DNA of 64,000 nucleotides from positions 89 through 64,088 of the forward strand of contig CAWEHT010000143.1 of assembly GCA_963808455.1 (NCBI GenBank), in the 5' to 3' direction. Shown here one piece after another: positions 19,483 through 32,482 of the stretch (position 1 is the first letter of the stretch; each line of letters opens with the position of its first letter). The position numbers and the translations under genes were made by a program. The notes under the pieces are model-generated. The model had not been told where the DNA came from. It did no database searches and worked only from the letters and a program-made list of their open reading frames with translations. Origin of the DNA: an uncultured Chloroflexia bacterium. Its GTDB lineage: Bacteria; Chloroflexota; Anaerolineae; CG2-30-64-16.

Positions 19483-20472
19483 ATGGCAACCGAACCCAAG
19501 ACAGCTCTGATTTGCGATTACGCCTGGCCCACGATCGATATCGAACGCGAGGCGCTGGCCAGGATCGGCGCAGAAACAATTGCCGCGACCACGGGTGACG
19601 AAGAAGAGTTAGTGACCCTGGCGCCCGAAGCCGATGCCATCCTAATCAACTGGCGCCGCATGACCCGGCGCGTCATTGCCGCCGCCAGGAAATGCGTGCT
19701 CATCGTACGTTATGGAGTAGGCGTCAACAATATCGACGTGGAAGCCGCCACGGAGAGCGGCATTGCCGTGGCGAACGTGCCCGACTATTGCATGGATGAG
19801 GTTTCGAACGAGGCGATGGCGCTGCTGCTCTGTGGCGCCCGCAACATCATGACCTATGATAAGTCGGTGCGTTCGGGAGTGTGGGATGTTAAGGTCGGGA
19901 TGCCGTTGTACCGCACGCGAGCTCTGACTCTGGGTATCATCGGCTTTGGCCGGATCGGCCGCGCCGTTGCGCCCAAAGCACATGGACTGGGCTTCCGAGT
20001 GATTGCCTGCGATCCCTATATCGCGCCCCAGGAGATGGCAGATCGGAACGTGGTGTCCGTCGACCTCGATACGTTGTTGGCTTCTGCGGATTTTATCACG
20101 CTGCACGTTCCGCTGACATCAGCGACGCGCGGGTTGATCGGGGAGGCGGCGTTGAACAAGACGAAGCACACCGCCTGGCTCATCAATACCTCGCGTGGGC
20201 CCGTCGTGGATACGTCCGCGCTCTATCGAGCGTTGTGTGATGGCCGGCTGGCAGGCGCAGGTTTAGACGTGCTGCCAGAGGAACCACCCAGCCTCGAGGA
20301 CCCATTGTTTACTCTTCCGAACGTGATCTTCACGCCGCACAGCGCCTTCTATTCGGAAGGCTCGCTTCAAGAGCTGCAGGCGAAGGCTGCTCAGCGGGCG
20401 GTGGAAGCGCTCTCGGGCCAGGTGCCATCGACGGTCGTCAATACGGAGGTGCTGGACCGTCCTAACTGTTGA
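19483..20472 (+). CDS. D-isomer-specific 2-hydroxyacid dehydrogenase (PGDH/GHPR-like)
   Basis: GFGRIGRAVA NAD-binding motif; catalytic R/E/H pattern; 329 aa. Confidence 0.8.
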   Translation: MATEPKTALICDYAWPTIDIEREALARIGAETIAATTGDEEELVTLAPEADAILINWRRMTRRVIAAARKCVLIVRYGVGVNNIDVEAATESGIAVANVPDYCMDEVSNEAMALLLCGARNIMTYDKSVRSGVWDVKVGMPLYRTRALTLGIIGFGRIGRAVAPKAHGLGFRVIACDPYIAPQEMADRNVVSVDLDTLLASADFITLHVPLTSATRGLIGEAALNKTKHTAWLINTSRGPVVDTSALYRALCDGRLAGAGLDVLPEEPPSLEDPLFTLPNVIFTPHSAFYSEGSLQELQAKAAQRAVEALSGQVPSTVVNTEVLDRPNC

Positions 20473-20596
20473 ACTGCTCATGGGAATAGGCCGGCAATCA
20501 ACTCATGTCGGCCGACGCGAGTGAAGAAAGCTATAGACAAAGACCGCCACCTTTGCTTCACAAGTCACCTTGTGCAGTAATGGCGTCTTTCCGGCT

Positions 20597-20625
20597 TTGA
20601 CACAGCACTCTGCAGCTGCTATCAT
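20597..20625 (+). promoter_or_regulatory. sigma70-like promoter (TTGACA, 17-nt spacer, TATCAT) of the GntR gene
   Basis: same architecture as the promoter at 2663-2691. Confidence 0.45.
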
Positions 20626-20639
20626 TGGCATGACCAGTT
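20624..20639 (+). promoter_or_regulatory. putative operator ATTGGCATGACCAGTT (autoregulatory site)
   Basis: identical 16-mer to 2690-2705. Confidence 0.5.
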
Positions 20640-20693
20640 ACCCAGCGTAAGTGGGTATTCCCCTGGCACTATGGCCAGGGCCTTGTGGAGTAG

Positions 20694-21417
20694 ATGATGA
20701 GCAGCGACTTGGACCTTTATAACAACATGACGCTTGTGCGTGAGCCTTTGCACGAACAGATTGCCGACCGCATCCAGCAGCTCGTCGCCGAACAGCACCT
20801 GCAGGCTGGTGGACGGCTCCCGTCAGAAAGAGATCTGGCACTCCAGCTGAGCGTCAGTTCGACCAACTGTGCGCGAGGCCATGCGCCTGTTAGAGCATCG
20901 CGGGCTGGTGGTTAGGCGCGCCGGCAGCGGCACCTACGTGATTCCGATGAGTTCTGACCCGGTCGTTGAATCGTTGGATCGATTCTTTTGGGTGACCGAA
21001 TCTTCTTTCGAAGACCTGGCACAAGTCCGGGAGATGATCGAGCCCGGTGCCGCCGCGCTGGCAGCCGTACATGCAAGCGAAGAGGATATGGCCCGGCTGC
21101 TGGAAACGGTGCACGCTCTGGAGGAAGCGTTTGCAACTGGCCAACCCATCCGGCTTTCACAGGCCGAGGCCGAATTCCACGGCGCACTGGCCAAAGCCTC
21201 GGGGAATCAATTGCTGGCGGCCATTACCGCCAGTCTGAACCACCTGACGGAGAAATGGACCATGAAGCACTCTTCGGTGGTCTTTGATGCTGACGTGAAC
21301 CACACGCATCGCATGATCGTCGAAGCCATTGTTGCCCGCGATCCGGACCGCGCGGCGAGGCAGCCAGCCTACATATGTACCTGGCTCGGCGGTCCTACGC
21401 CGACCACCCGGTTGTAG
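20694..21417 (+). CDS. GntR-family transcriptional regulator (FadR/FCD subfamily); frameshift near 20870
   Basis: wHTH PSERDLALQLSVS, then a frame switch (ORFs 20694-20915 and 20869-21417); all-alpha FCD C-terminal domain. Confidence 0.7.
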
Positions 21418-21511
21418 GGTCAAATGGACTCGGCAAAACTGAGTGATACACGAAGGCAGTAACAGCAGCAGGTTGAGAAGCAAGATACCACATTGCGCAG
21501 GAGATCAATAC

Positions 21512-22541
21512 ATGAAAGCAGCAGTACTACACGGCGTCAACGATCTGCGCCTGGACGAGGTTCCTATCCCCGTGCCAGGGCAAGACGAAGTCCTCATCAA
21601 GATCAAGGCATGCCGGCGTCTGTGGCACAGACGTACACATGTGGGCAGGAACAAATTACGAGGGCACGTTCCCCTTTATTCCTGGCCACGAATGGATGGG
21701 CGAGATTGTCGAGGCGGGACCGGGCGTACGAAAGTTGAGGGTAGGAGACCGAGTCACTGGGGAGCCCTTCATCGGCTGTGGCATCTGCCCCGTCTGTCAT
21801 AGCGGTGGAGCCCCTCACTTCTGCCCCGATCACAGATACTTTGGTTTTGCGCCCGACACACCGGGAGGCATGGCCGAATACCATGTTTCACCCGAAATCC
21901 CCCTTTTCAAGGTGCCAGCCGACTTCAGTGACGAGCTGGGGGCGCTGGTCGAGCCTGTATCGGTCGCGTACCATGCTATCTGGGGACGCGGGGCGGCGTG
22001 GCGCCGCACGATCGGGTGGCAGTCTTCGGTACCGGTCCAATCGGACTGCTGGCAGTCCAGATCGCCAAGGTTGCCGGCGCACAGACCATCGTGGTCGAGC
22101 CAGCGCCTTTCCGTGCCAGGATGGCGGCTGATTTTGGAGCTGACGTGGTGATCGACCCCACCCAAGAGGACCTGATTGCCCGAGTCAATGATCTGACCGA
22201 TGGGCTAGGCTTGAGCCTGATCATCGAGTGCTCGGGAAGCGCGGCAGGCATTGCATCCACAGTCGACGTGATCGGTGTGAACGGCCGCATTGTGCTCACC
22301 GGCCAGAGCTTTGGTCTCAAGCCGGCCGCATCCCTCGGCAAGACAATCTGGACGCACGCCACGATCATTGGCTCCTGTGGCGCGCCGGACTTCTTCCCTA
22401 AGACCCTGGCCTATATCGGCGCGGCGCCTGGCTGATCCCACCAAGGTCATCACCCACACCTTCCCCTTGAGCCAAGTGTGCGAGGGTTTCGAGTTGGCGC
22501 TTCGGGGCACCGAGAGCGGCAAAGTGATGATCAAGGTGTAG
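21512..22541 (+). pseudogene. Zn-dependent medium-chain alcohol/polyol dehydrogenase, broken by at least 3 frameshifts
   Basis: MKAAVLHG...GHEWMGEIV...GTGPIGLLAVQIAK...GKVMIKV is spread across ORFs 21443, 21639, 21998 and 22290 in alternating frames. Confidence 0.7.
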
Positions 22542-22718
22542 GCTGGGTCATCGGCCGTACGAGGCAGGCAGTTGGTCCGCATGTGCGGGGCAGAGTCCCT
22601 GTGTACCGACCGCAGAAAGGCCCTGACCGCGTTTTACTGCCCTCAGCATCGCGCAGCGGCACTGCCTGCGAGTGTAGCTTGATATAAGAGCAGAACCTGT
22701 TCGGCAACGAGGGCTCAG

Positions 22719-24332
22719 ATGCAGCTGGTCAACGCGGAATATGTCGAAAGCCTGGTCAACCTGCCCATCTATGCCCGTTCGCTGACGGCTGCCGGGAGGG
22801 CGGTTTTCTTCCTGGCCCACGGCCCACGCGGGAAACTGCTCGGCGTCATCGCGGGGCCCGGCGATACCCGGCCGGAGCACTTCGACGGCGAGCACGTCAA
22901 CCTGACGGACGGGCGCCTGACTCTGTGCCCGCTCACACACGCCAACGCCTCAGTGTTGCGCCAGGAAGTTCCCGGACTATGCCCTTCGCCCATCGGCCTG
23001 CGCACTTCGGCAGGCTGCGGCGACAGGCTTGGACTGGCAACCCCCGGTCATTCACGCGCCGCGCGCCGGTTCCCTGCCCTGGCGATGATCTTCGCCCAAC
23101 AATCCATTCGTGAGATGAGCCGGACGGCGCGCACGCCTGAAGAAGTCATGGACGACGCTACCTGGGGCCTCTTCCAGGAAGGCTGGCAGGCTGGCCAGTC
23201 AAGGACTAAAGGCGAAAGCGGGGCTTGCCTGGGCGCTGATGCCGATCACCTCAAAACCCCCGCCGATATCGATCGTTCCGCGGAGGCAGGCTTCACTTTC
23301 TACACAGTGGATCCCGGTGACTACGTCGACGCGCATGCAGACAGCGCCAACGAGGCTGCGCTGCGCGATCGCTACGCCACCCTGCCATGGGATGAGCTGC
23401 AGAGCAGCCCCGCCGGCTTGTGGGCATCGTATCGCGGCAAGCGCTTCGAGGTTGAGGAACGTTCTTGGGAATTGGACGAGCCCACCCTGGTTCGGGCCGC
23501 CGTGAAGTATGGCCGGGCAGTTGCTCACACGCTGCGCATGTACCGGCATCTCATAGAGGTCACGACGGGCCGGACCGGCGCCGTGCAACCAGGGAACGCG
23601 CGCGCTGCGACTGTTGGCAATAGCGATTCCCCGCCGGTGGATCAGGAAGCCAGCCCGCTGGGGTTCGATTTCGAGGTATCGGTGGACGAGACCGCCACCC
23701 CTACCACACATACAGAGCACCTTTTCGTTGCCGCCGAACTGCGCCGCCTGGGGGTGCGCTGGACGAGCCTCGCCCCGCGATACGTCGGGCGGTTCGAGAA
23801 AGGCGTCGATTACATCGGCGACCTCACGGAATTCGAACACGATTTCGCGGCGCACGCTGCGATCGCCCGTGCCCTGGGCCCTTACAAACTGAGCCTCCAT
23901 TCGGGTTCCGACAAGTTTAGCATCTATGCGATGGCTGCCCAGCATACCCGCGGACTGGTGCACCTGAAAACAGCCGGCACGAGCTACCTGGAGGCGCTGC
24001 GCGCGCTGGTTGCCTTCGATCCCGCGCTCTTCCGCGACATTCTGGGGGCGGCACTGAGGCAGTACGAGACCGACCGGGCTTCATACCACGTGTCGGCGGA
24101 TGTGCGGCAAGTGCCGCGCCCAGAAAGCCTGTCGGACGCACAACTCCCGGCCTTGCTCGATCAGTCTGACGCGCGCCAGGTGCTGCATGTGACGTTCGGC
24201 AGCATCTTGACTTCTCGGCAGGGTCATAGGGCCAGGCTATTGGCAGCCCTGGCTGCACACGAAGAAGAGCATTACACCGCCCTGGAGAAGCACCTTGCCC
24301 GGCATCTGCGGCCGTTTTCGGGAACCGCTTGA
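22719..24332 (+). CDS. UxaE-like tagaturonate/fructuronate epimerase family protein (GatZ/KbaZ-related); tentative
   Basis: 537 aa; motifs GCGDRLGLATPGH, AQQSIRE, GADADHLKT, HSGSDKFS recalled from the UxaE family; no search run. Confidence 0.4.
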   Translation: MQLVNAEYVESLVNLPIYARSLTAAGRAVFFLAHGPRGKLLGVIAGPGDTRPEHFDGEHVNLTDGRLTLCPLTHANASVLRQEVPGLCPSPIGLRTSAGCGDRLGLATPGHSRAARRFPALAMIFAQQSIREMSRTARTPEEVMDDATWGLFQEGWQAGQSRTKGESGACLGADADHLKTPADIDRSAEAGFTFYTVDPGDYVDAHADSANEAALRDRYATLPWDELQSSPAGLWASYRGKRFEVEERSWELDEPTLVRAAVKYGRAVAHTLRMYRHLIEVTTGRTGAVQPGNARAATVGNSDSPPVDQEASPLGFDFEVSVDETATPTTHTEHLFVAAELRRLGVRWTSLAPRYVGRFEKGVDYIGDLTEFEHDFAAHAAIARALGPYKLSLHSGSDKFSIYAMAAQHTRGLVHLKTAGTSYLEALRALVAFDPALFRDILGAALRQYETDRASYHVSADVRQVPRPESLSDAQLPALLDQSDARQVLHVTFGSILTSRQGHRARLLAALAAHEEEHYTALEKHLARHLRPFSGTA

Positions 24333-24426
24333 CGCAGCGAGTTCACCGCCTGCATTCTCATGGGCAGCCCCTGGCTTTGCGTGCCGATTGACCTGGACCG
24401 GGTCGGCTTGAAGTCAGAGAGGTAGA

Positions 24427-26580
<2,154 letters not shown>

Positions 26581-26879
26581 GAACTTTCACTTAGATAGAC
26601 GAGGTACAGCGGTGAAAGGCGGCGCTTTGAGACTAGACGTGGCATCGCTGGGCCCGCTGGTTCAGCGGCTGGATTCTGGCATTGTGCCTTTCCACAAAGC
26701 AGCTGTGTGCCAGATCTAAGCCAGTGGCGGCGAATTCACCGTGGCCCCCAACCTGTCGCATTGCTCTGGCCTACGAGCAGGCATCGTAACCACCAGGCAA
26801 ATGTTCGGGTTGTAGACCATGTGCTACTGACTGCCCACTGTAGCGATCGAAGCGCCTGGGACCGCGGGTTGACGGCCAG

Positions 26880-27176
26880 ATGCGGGTCTGGCACCTGGAG
26901 AAACTGGCCGGTGCGGATGCCGTGCTGACGGTCTTCCCCAATATCTGGGAAGCGTTCATCGCCGGTTATCGCGACCTGCCCCTGCAGCCGCAGATCGATG
27001 AGCCGGTGCCGGCCGACGTACTGGAACGCTTGCTGCAGGTGCCTTATTTTGCACAGGCATACGATGAGCAGGGCATTTCCGACGCCGACTTTGCAGCCCA
27101 CCCGGCCTTGAAGGCCACGGCTGCCAGCTTCGGCGAAGCCATGGCCAAAATCGAACAGTTTGCCGCACAAGCCTGA
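26880..27176 (+). CDS. hypothetical small protein (98 aa)
   Basis: ORF only; lies between the LarA-fusion and the transketolase-like gene; no recognised motif. Confidence 0.2.
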   Translation: MRVWHLEKLAGADAVLTVFPNIWEAFIAGYRDLPLQPQIDEPVPADVLERLLQVPYFAQAYDEQGISDADFAAHPALKATAASFGEAMAKIEQFAAQA

Positions 27177-27185
27177 GGAGCAAGA

Positions 27186-29596
27186 ATGATGGAGCCAACC
27201 GCCACGGGCGAAGTGCTCGTCCGATGTGAGGAACTAGCTGGTGAATTTGCCTATTGGGAGAAGACCAAGGACCTGATCGAGCAGCTGCTCGACATCATAA
27301 TGAACTACCGGCAGAGCGGCCACCCGGGCGGCTCTCGTTCTAAGGTGCATGGCCTGCTCGCCACCCTGCTTAGCGGCATCATGCGCTGGGACATCCGCCA
27401 CCCCGAAAAGCGCTTCGGCGATCGCTTCGTTTTGGCCGGCGGACACACCGTCCCCCTGGTCTACTGCACGCTGGCCGTCTTCAATGAGGCGTTGCGCATC
27501 AAGCAGGCCCAGACCGGCGATGCGCGCTACGCCGTGCCCAATCCGGAAAAGCGGGCACTGTATTGGGAGGACCTGCTGGGCTTCCGCCAACGCGGCGGCC
27601 TGTCGGGCCACGCTGAGATGGCCGGCAAGAGCCTGTTCCTCAAGTTCAACACGGGGCCCTCCGGCCACGGCACCCCGGCCGCCGCCGGCGAGTCCCTGGC
27701 CCTCAAGCGGGCCGGCGCAGCCGGCGTCAAGGTCTTCGTCTTCGACGGCGAGGGGGGCCTGACACCCAGCATCGTCCACGAAACGCTGAACTCCGCCTGG
27801 GGCCTGGCCCTGGACAACCTGTATTTCGTTCTGGACTGGAACGATTTCGGGATCGACGACCACCCGATCAGCAGTGTGGTCTATGGCTCACCCCAGGATT
27901 GGTTCGGCTCGCACGGCTGGCGGGTGTTCGGTGCCGAACAGGGCAGCCAGTGGGAAGCGGTCACCCAGGCGCTGCTTTCCATGACCCTGAGCGAAAACCC
28001 GGGGCGGGCTCCCAGCGTCACCTGGCTCAAGACGCGCAAGGGCCGCGGCTATCTCAAGTACGACAACGCCTCGCATGGCGTGCCGCATACGATGAATTGT
28101 GAGGCGTTCTGGGAGACCAAGCAGGCCTTCGCCGAACAGTACGGCGCCCGCTTCGCCAATTTCGGCGGGCCGGCGCCGTCCGATCCGGCGGCGCTGGGCG
28201 CCGAGTTCGCCGCCAACCTGCAGGCCGTGATGGCAGATCTTGCATGAAGACCAGGCGCTGGTGGATTTCCTGGCCGATCGGCTGGTGGCCTTAGGCGAGA
28301 GTGTGCCGGACGATCTGCCCACCTTCCGGCTGGGCGGGACGCGGCACGCCCTTCGCCGACCGCGCGGCTTTTCGATTATCGCGGCTACCCTGAGGACCTG
28401 TACGTGCAGCCCGGCACGGTGATCGCCAACCGGGCTGCCCTGGCCAGGTGGGGGGCCTGGATCAACGCCTTCGGCGCCCGCGAGTATGGCCGCCCACTGT
28501 TCATGGCCTGCTCGGCCGACCTGGCCGAGTCGACCAACATCAGCGGATTCGCCAAGCCTTACGGCGGCTTCCCCGGGTATGGCTGGTACGAACGCTACGG
28601 GAACGACCAGGGAGTTTTGTTGCCGCAGGAAATCACCGAACTGGCCAACGCCGGCATGCTGGCCGGCATGGCTACGGTGAACCTGGCGTCGGACCCGGAA
28701 CGGGAGTTCGACGGATTCTGGGGCGCCTGCTCGACCTATGGGTCCTTTTCGTACCTCAAGTACGGGCCACTGCGCTTGCTCAGCCAGCTGGCGCAGGATT
28801 GCCCCCTCAAGGTCGGCAAGATCATTTATGTCGCCGGCCACTCCGGCCCCGAGACCGCCGACGATAGCCGGACACATTTCGGCATCTTCGCGCCGGGCGT
28901 GATGCAGCTCTTCCCGGCCGGGCAGATCATCAACCTCCACCCGTGGGAATATAACGAGGTGCCCGTCCTGCTGGCAGCGGCGCTCGAGCAGGACGTGCCT
29001 ATCGTCGTGCTGCACCTGACCCGCCCACCAATCAGGGTGCCGGACCGCACCGGGGCGGGCTTGCCCTCGCACTTCGAAGCGGCGCGTGGGGCCTATGTCG
29101 TGCGCGACTACCGGCCCGACGCACCGCGCGGCGGCACGTTCATCGTGCAGGGCACCAGTGCGATGGACAACATCGTGAGGCTCTTGCCGAACTGGACGCA
29201 CGCGGCCCGAATGTCAAACTGGTGTGTGCGGCCAGCAGCGAGCTGTTTGCCCGCCAACCAGAAGCGTACCGGCGGAAGGTGCTTGCGCCCGGTGACCGCG
29301 CCAATTCGACGATCATCACGACGCAGGGCCGCTCGTTGATGCGGGAGTGGATCTTCAACCCGCTGGCCGAAGCGTACGCCTTGTCGGGCGATTGGGACAA
29401 CCGCTGGCGCACCGGCGGTTCGCTCGAGCAAGTGCTTGACGAAGCCCATCTCACGCCTCAGTGGTTGCTGGCCGGCATCGAGCGCTTCGTGCAGGAGCGC
29501 GAGACCCGCCTGGCCCGCCTGCGGGCCGATCTCGACGCCATCGAAACACCAGACTACAGGGAGGGAACATGGACCGTCATTGGAGCGCGTACCTGA
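27186..29596 (+). CDS. transketolase-like TPP-dependent enzyme (long form, about 800 aa); at least 3 frameshifts
   Basis: SGHPGGSRS and FDGEGG TPP motifs (27186-28247); Pyr and C-terminal domains in ORFs 28240, 28404 and 29222. Confidence 0.6.
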
Positions 29597-30486
29597 CTCT
29601 GAGCGTTGTACATTTCATGGCCTATCCCGAAACCACTCTAGGAGACGGGCCGGTCGTGGAAACGGTGCGAAAGATCGCCGAAGACGAGTTCTTCGGCGGC
29701 ATCGAGCTGACCTGGATCAAAGACCCGGCGGTGCGCAAGCAGGTGCGGGCCCTGCTCGAGACGGCGCACATACCCGGCGCCTTCGGCGCCCAGCCGACGC
29801 TGTTGACGCAAAAGCTGAACCTGAACTCGGCCGATCCGGAGATGCGGGCGCGGGCCGTGGCGCAGCTGAAGCAAGACATCGACTACGCTGAGGATCTGGG
29901 CATCGCCCGCATGTCGACCCTCAGCGGGGCCGATCCGGGCGATGCGGACCGCGCCAGTGCCGTGGGTTGGCTGGTCGAGTCGTTGATGGAAGTCTGTCGC
30001 TATGGACAGGCGCACGGGGTGAGCCTGGCCGTGGAAACCTTCGACCGCACGGTGGAGAAGAAGGCCCTGATCGGGCCGGCCGGCGAATCGGCGGCATTCT
30101 CCGCCCAGATGCGGCAGGCTTTCCCCGATTTCGGGCTTTTGTATGATCTGAGCCATCAGCCGCTGTTGGAAGAGGAGATGTTGCCGGCACTTTACACCGT
30201 GAAGGAGCACCTGGTACACGCCCACGTGGGCAACTGCGTCAAAGTCCCGGGGCGGGCTGCCTACGGCGACCAGCATCCGCGCTTCGGGTTCCCAGGGGGC
30301 GAGAACGACGTCGAGCAGTTGGTGGACTATCTGCGAGCCTTATTCGCGGTCGGTTACCTGAAGCGGACGCCTGACGGCCAGAAGCCTTGGGTAGGCATCG
30401 AGGTGAAACCCCAGCCGGGTGAGAGCAGCGATCTGGTGCTGGCCAGCACCAAGCGGGTCTGGATCGAAGCCTGGGCCCGCGTCTGA
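29569..30486 (+). CDS. sugar phosphate isomerase/epimerase (xylose-isomerase-like TIM barrel), copy 3
   Basis: ELTW..., AVETFD, HAHVGNC metal-site pattern; about 305 aa. Confidence 0.65.
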   Translation: MDRHWSAYLTLSVVHFMAYPETTLGDGPVVETVRKIAEDEFFGGIELTWIKDPAVRKQVRALLETAHIPGAFGAQPTLLTQKLNLNSADPEMRARAVAQLKQDIDYAEDLGIARMSTLSGADPGDADRASAVGWLVESLMEVCRYGQAHGVSLAVETFDRTVEKKALIGPAGESAAFSAQMRQAFPDFGLLYDLSHQPLLEEEMLPALYTVKEHLVHAHVGNCVKVPGRAAYGDQHPRFGFPGGENDVEQLVDYLRALFAVGYLKRTPDGQKPWVGIEVKPQPGESSDLVLASTKRVWIEAWARV

Positions 30487-30518
30487 GGGCACAGGACGAA
30501 CCGCGTTGGTATAGGATT

Positions 30519-30552
30519 CGGGGTGGGCGGTGCGCCGCCGCCATGCCCACCC
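30519..30552 (+). terminator. GC-rich hairpin (9-bp stem ggggtgggc/gcccacccc) downstream of the sugar island
   Basis: stem-loop found by eye, followed by gtctgt; no strong U-tract. Confidence 0.35.
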
Positions 30553-31477
30553 CGTCTGTAGACAGAGCCAACAAGGGAGAAGTGCTGGACAACGCCGAAT
30601 TGAAGAACCGTCCAGCAGCAGCTGGTCGACGGCGGCAGGCGTGACAACTGCCCGTGCCCGGCACACTGCCGGGCGGCTCTCTACGGGCCAGGTGCTGGTG
30701 GCCGGGGCGCCTCAATTCGAGAGGCAATGCTCTGTCCAGCGCCAAGCTGCACACTCCCTGAGGCGCCGGGCAGTCAGCCTTGGCTAAAGCACAGGTGCCG
30801 ACGGAGGCTTACTGGCCGAACGTTGGTGTCAGCGTTGGCCAGGCGGCGCGCCAGGGCCTGTGCGGCTACGCCAGCCGAGCCTGGACACCTCAGGGGATGG
30901 ACATAACTTCTAATAGGGTAAACATCTCTCTTTCACAATCACATCACAACTAACAAGCTTCTGTTGGCAAGTATAATGCGGGCCGACGTGGCCCATTAAA
31001 TGGGCCGCCCAGTTGTCTAGCCAGACGGGGTCAGTTTGCGTGAGCATTGTGCCAGCCAGTACTTTCTCTGGTCATAGGCCCGCCAGTCACGGCACGCCGA
31101 ACGGTATCCGCTCTTAACCTTGGCGCCGGTCCGAGTGGCCAAGGGCGCTTTCAAGCGGCGGGGCACGGTGTTGCTGACCCTTGGCGACCAGTTGGGCGCA
31201 CGCTTCGGTGACGCCGATTTTTGTGACAGTTCAGCGTTACCCTTGACAAGGTGTGGCATGATTATGTTATGTATCTTGAGCCGGAGGTTGACCGTTTGTG
31301 GGCGGAGAATGCGGAACTGTGGCAGTTGCTGACCATGACACAGCAACAGTGGGCCGCGGCGCAACGGCGCATCGCGTACTTGCGGCCAGGTATTCTCGAA
31401 CCACTTGTTTCGCCCAAGCGTTGCGTTTACGTGCCACTGCCATGGCTGACCGACCAGAGGAGGTGACAAACGGTCAA

Positions 31478-31522
31478 ACTCTTTTGCACGTGCGTACTAG
31501 CGGCCAAGTAATCATTCACTGC
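31478..31522. repeat. about 45-bp element, copy 1 (ACTCTTTTGCACGTGCGTACTAGCGGCCAAGTAATCATTCACTGC)
   Basis: about 75% identical to the copy at 31683-31727; contains a GGCCAAGTAAT submotif. Confidence 0.5.
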
Positions 31523-31682
31523 AATCCAGGCAAAGGTCTACCGGCATATGACTGGGCCGGCATTTTGTGGGATCCCTTCGCCTAACGCTGTTCTCGACGA
31601 GGACTTGGTCCGCCATCCGAGGGACGACCTTGTTGTGTGAAGCGCATCGCAGTCGCAAAAGCCCGGTTTACTAGCGGCCAGA

Positions 31683-31727
31683 CTTTCTTGCACGTTCGCA
31701 CTTCCGGCCAGATATTACTGCACTACT
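31683..31727. repeat. about 45-bp element, copy 2 (ACTTTCTTGCACGTTCGCACTTCCGGCCAGATATTACTGCACTAC)
   Basis: direct repeat of copy 1; additional GGCCA(A)G(A)TATT submotifs at 31671-31684 and 31782-31792. Confidence 0.5.
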
Positions 31728-31915
31728 GTCTGACACGACGAGCCGGAACGCCCTTCCACAAGCGATTAGAGCCGTATTGGCGGCCAAGTATTCGTGTTAG
31801 GCGCGGCCCTGTTACGCGGCAAGTCACATGCAGGCCGGCTTCATTTAAGGATCGTACGATCGCCCGTCACGATCGTACATGGCCGCGTGCGCCTCGCGCC
31901 GGGCGAGGGGATCGA

Positions 31916-32482
31916 CTATAGGTAGCTGGCCCTTCCCTGACATGCCGGACACAGCCCGCTGCCTTCTTCGAAATAGGCCTCACCACATGATCTGCATAAG
32001 GCGATCGGGATCGGCGCGTGTTTAGCGAGAAAAGCCGGCGAAACCCTGACAGCGTCCACGGAAAGTATCGAGTTCCCGGCTTCCTGGATCTCGCTGACCA
32101 GCGCATCTCTGTCCTGCTCGCGCTTTGGCACGAGTCGCATGAACCATCTCTTGATTTCCGGGTACCGGTCAAGTTTTGACGCATCCACGCCGACGCGAAC
32201 CCCGTTACCGCTCTTCTTCTCATACAAGGTGAGGGCAAAACGACCCGTGTTGACTATTTTGAGCCAGCCGTTGCCGATGGTACAGGGGGTGAGGATCTGT
32301 ATGGCGTCAGGCAGGCACTGGGAGGTCTCACATATCGCATCGAAGTACTCGTAGGCGGTCATTCGCTTTACAGCAGCGTCAACCATGAACCCGCCGACCA
32401 GGACGCCCGGGGCCAGGTGGGCATGAAAGCTGGTGAGTTTGTCAATATACTGCTCAACCGTGTATTGGCAGATCGCATTCAT
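31916..32482 (-). CDS. FmdE/FwdE-family protein with C-terminal zinc ribbon
   Basis: HLAPGVLVGGFMVD FmdE motif; C-terminal CRSCGE...CPAC. Confidence 0.7.
   Translation of the reverse strand: MNAICQYTVEQYIDKLTSFHAHLAPGVLVGGFMVDAAVKRMTAYEYFDAICETSQCLPDAIQILTPCTIGNGWLKIVNTGRFALTLYEKKSGNGVRVGVDASKLDRYPEIKRWFMRLVPKREQDRDALVSEIQEAGNSILSVDAVRVSPAFLAKHAPIPIALCRSCGEAYFEEGSGLCPACQGRASYL

Noticed and set aside
29222-29596. Separate 124-aa gene downstream of the transketolase
   Set aside because: It follows directly after the transketolase C-terminal domain, with no intervening start or RBS; best explained as the frameshifted C-terminal extension of the same gene.
30973-31012. TATAAT box plus hairpin ggcccattaaatgggcc as a promoter or terminator
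   Set aside because: No matching -35 at correct spacing; the hairpin stem is only 6 bp; noted only as part of the intergenic finding.
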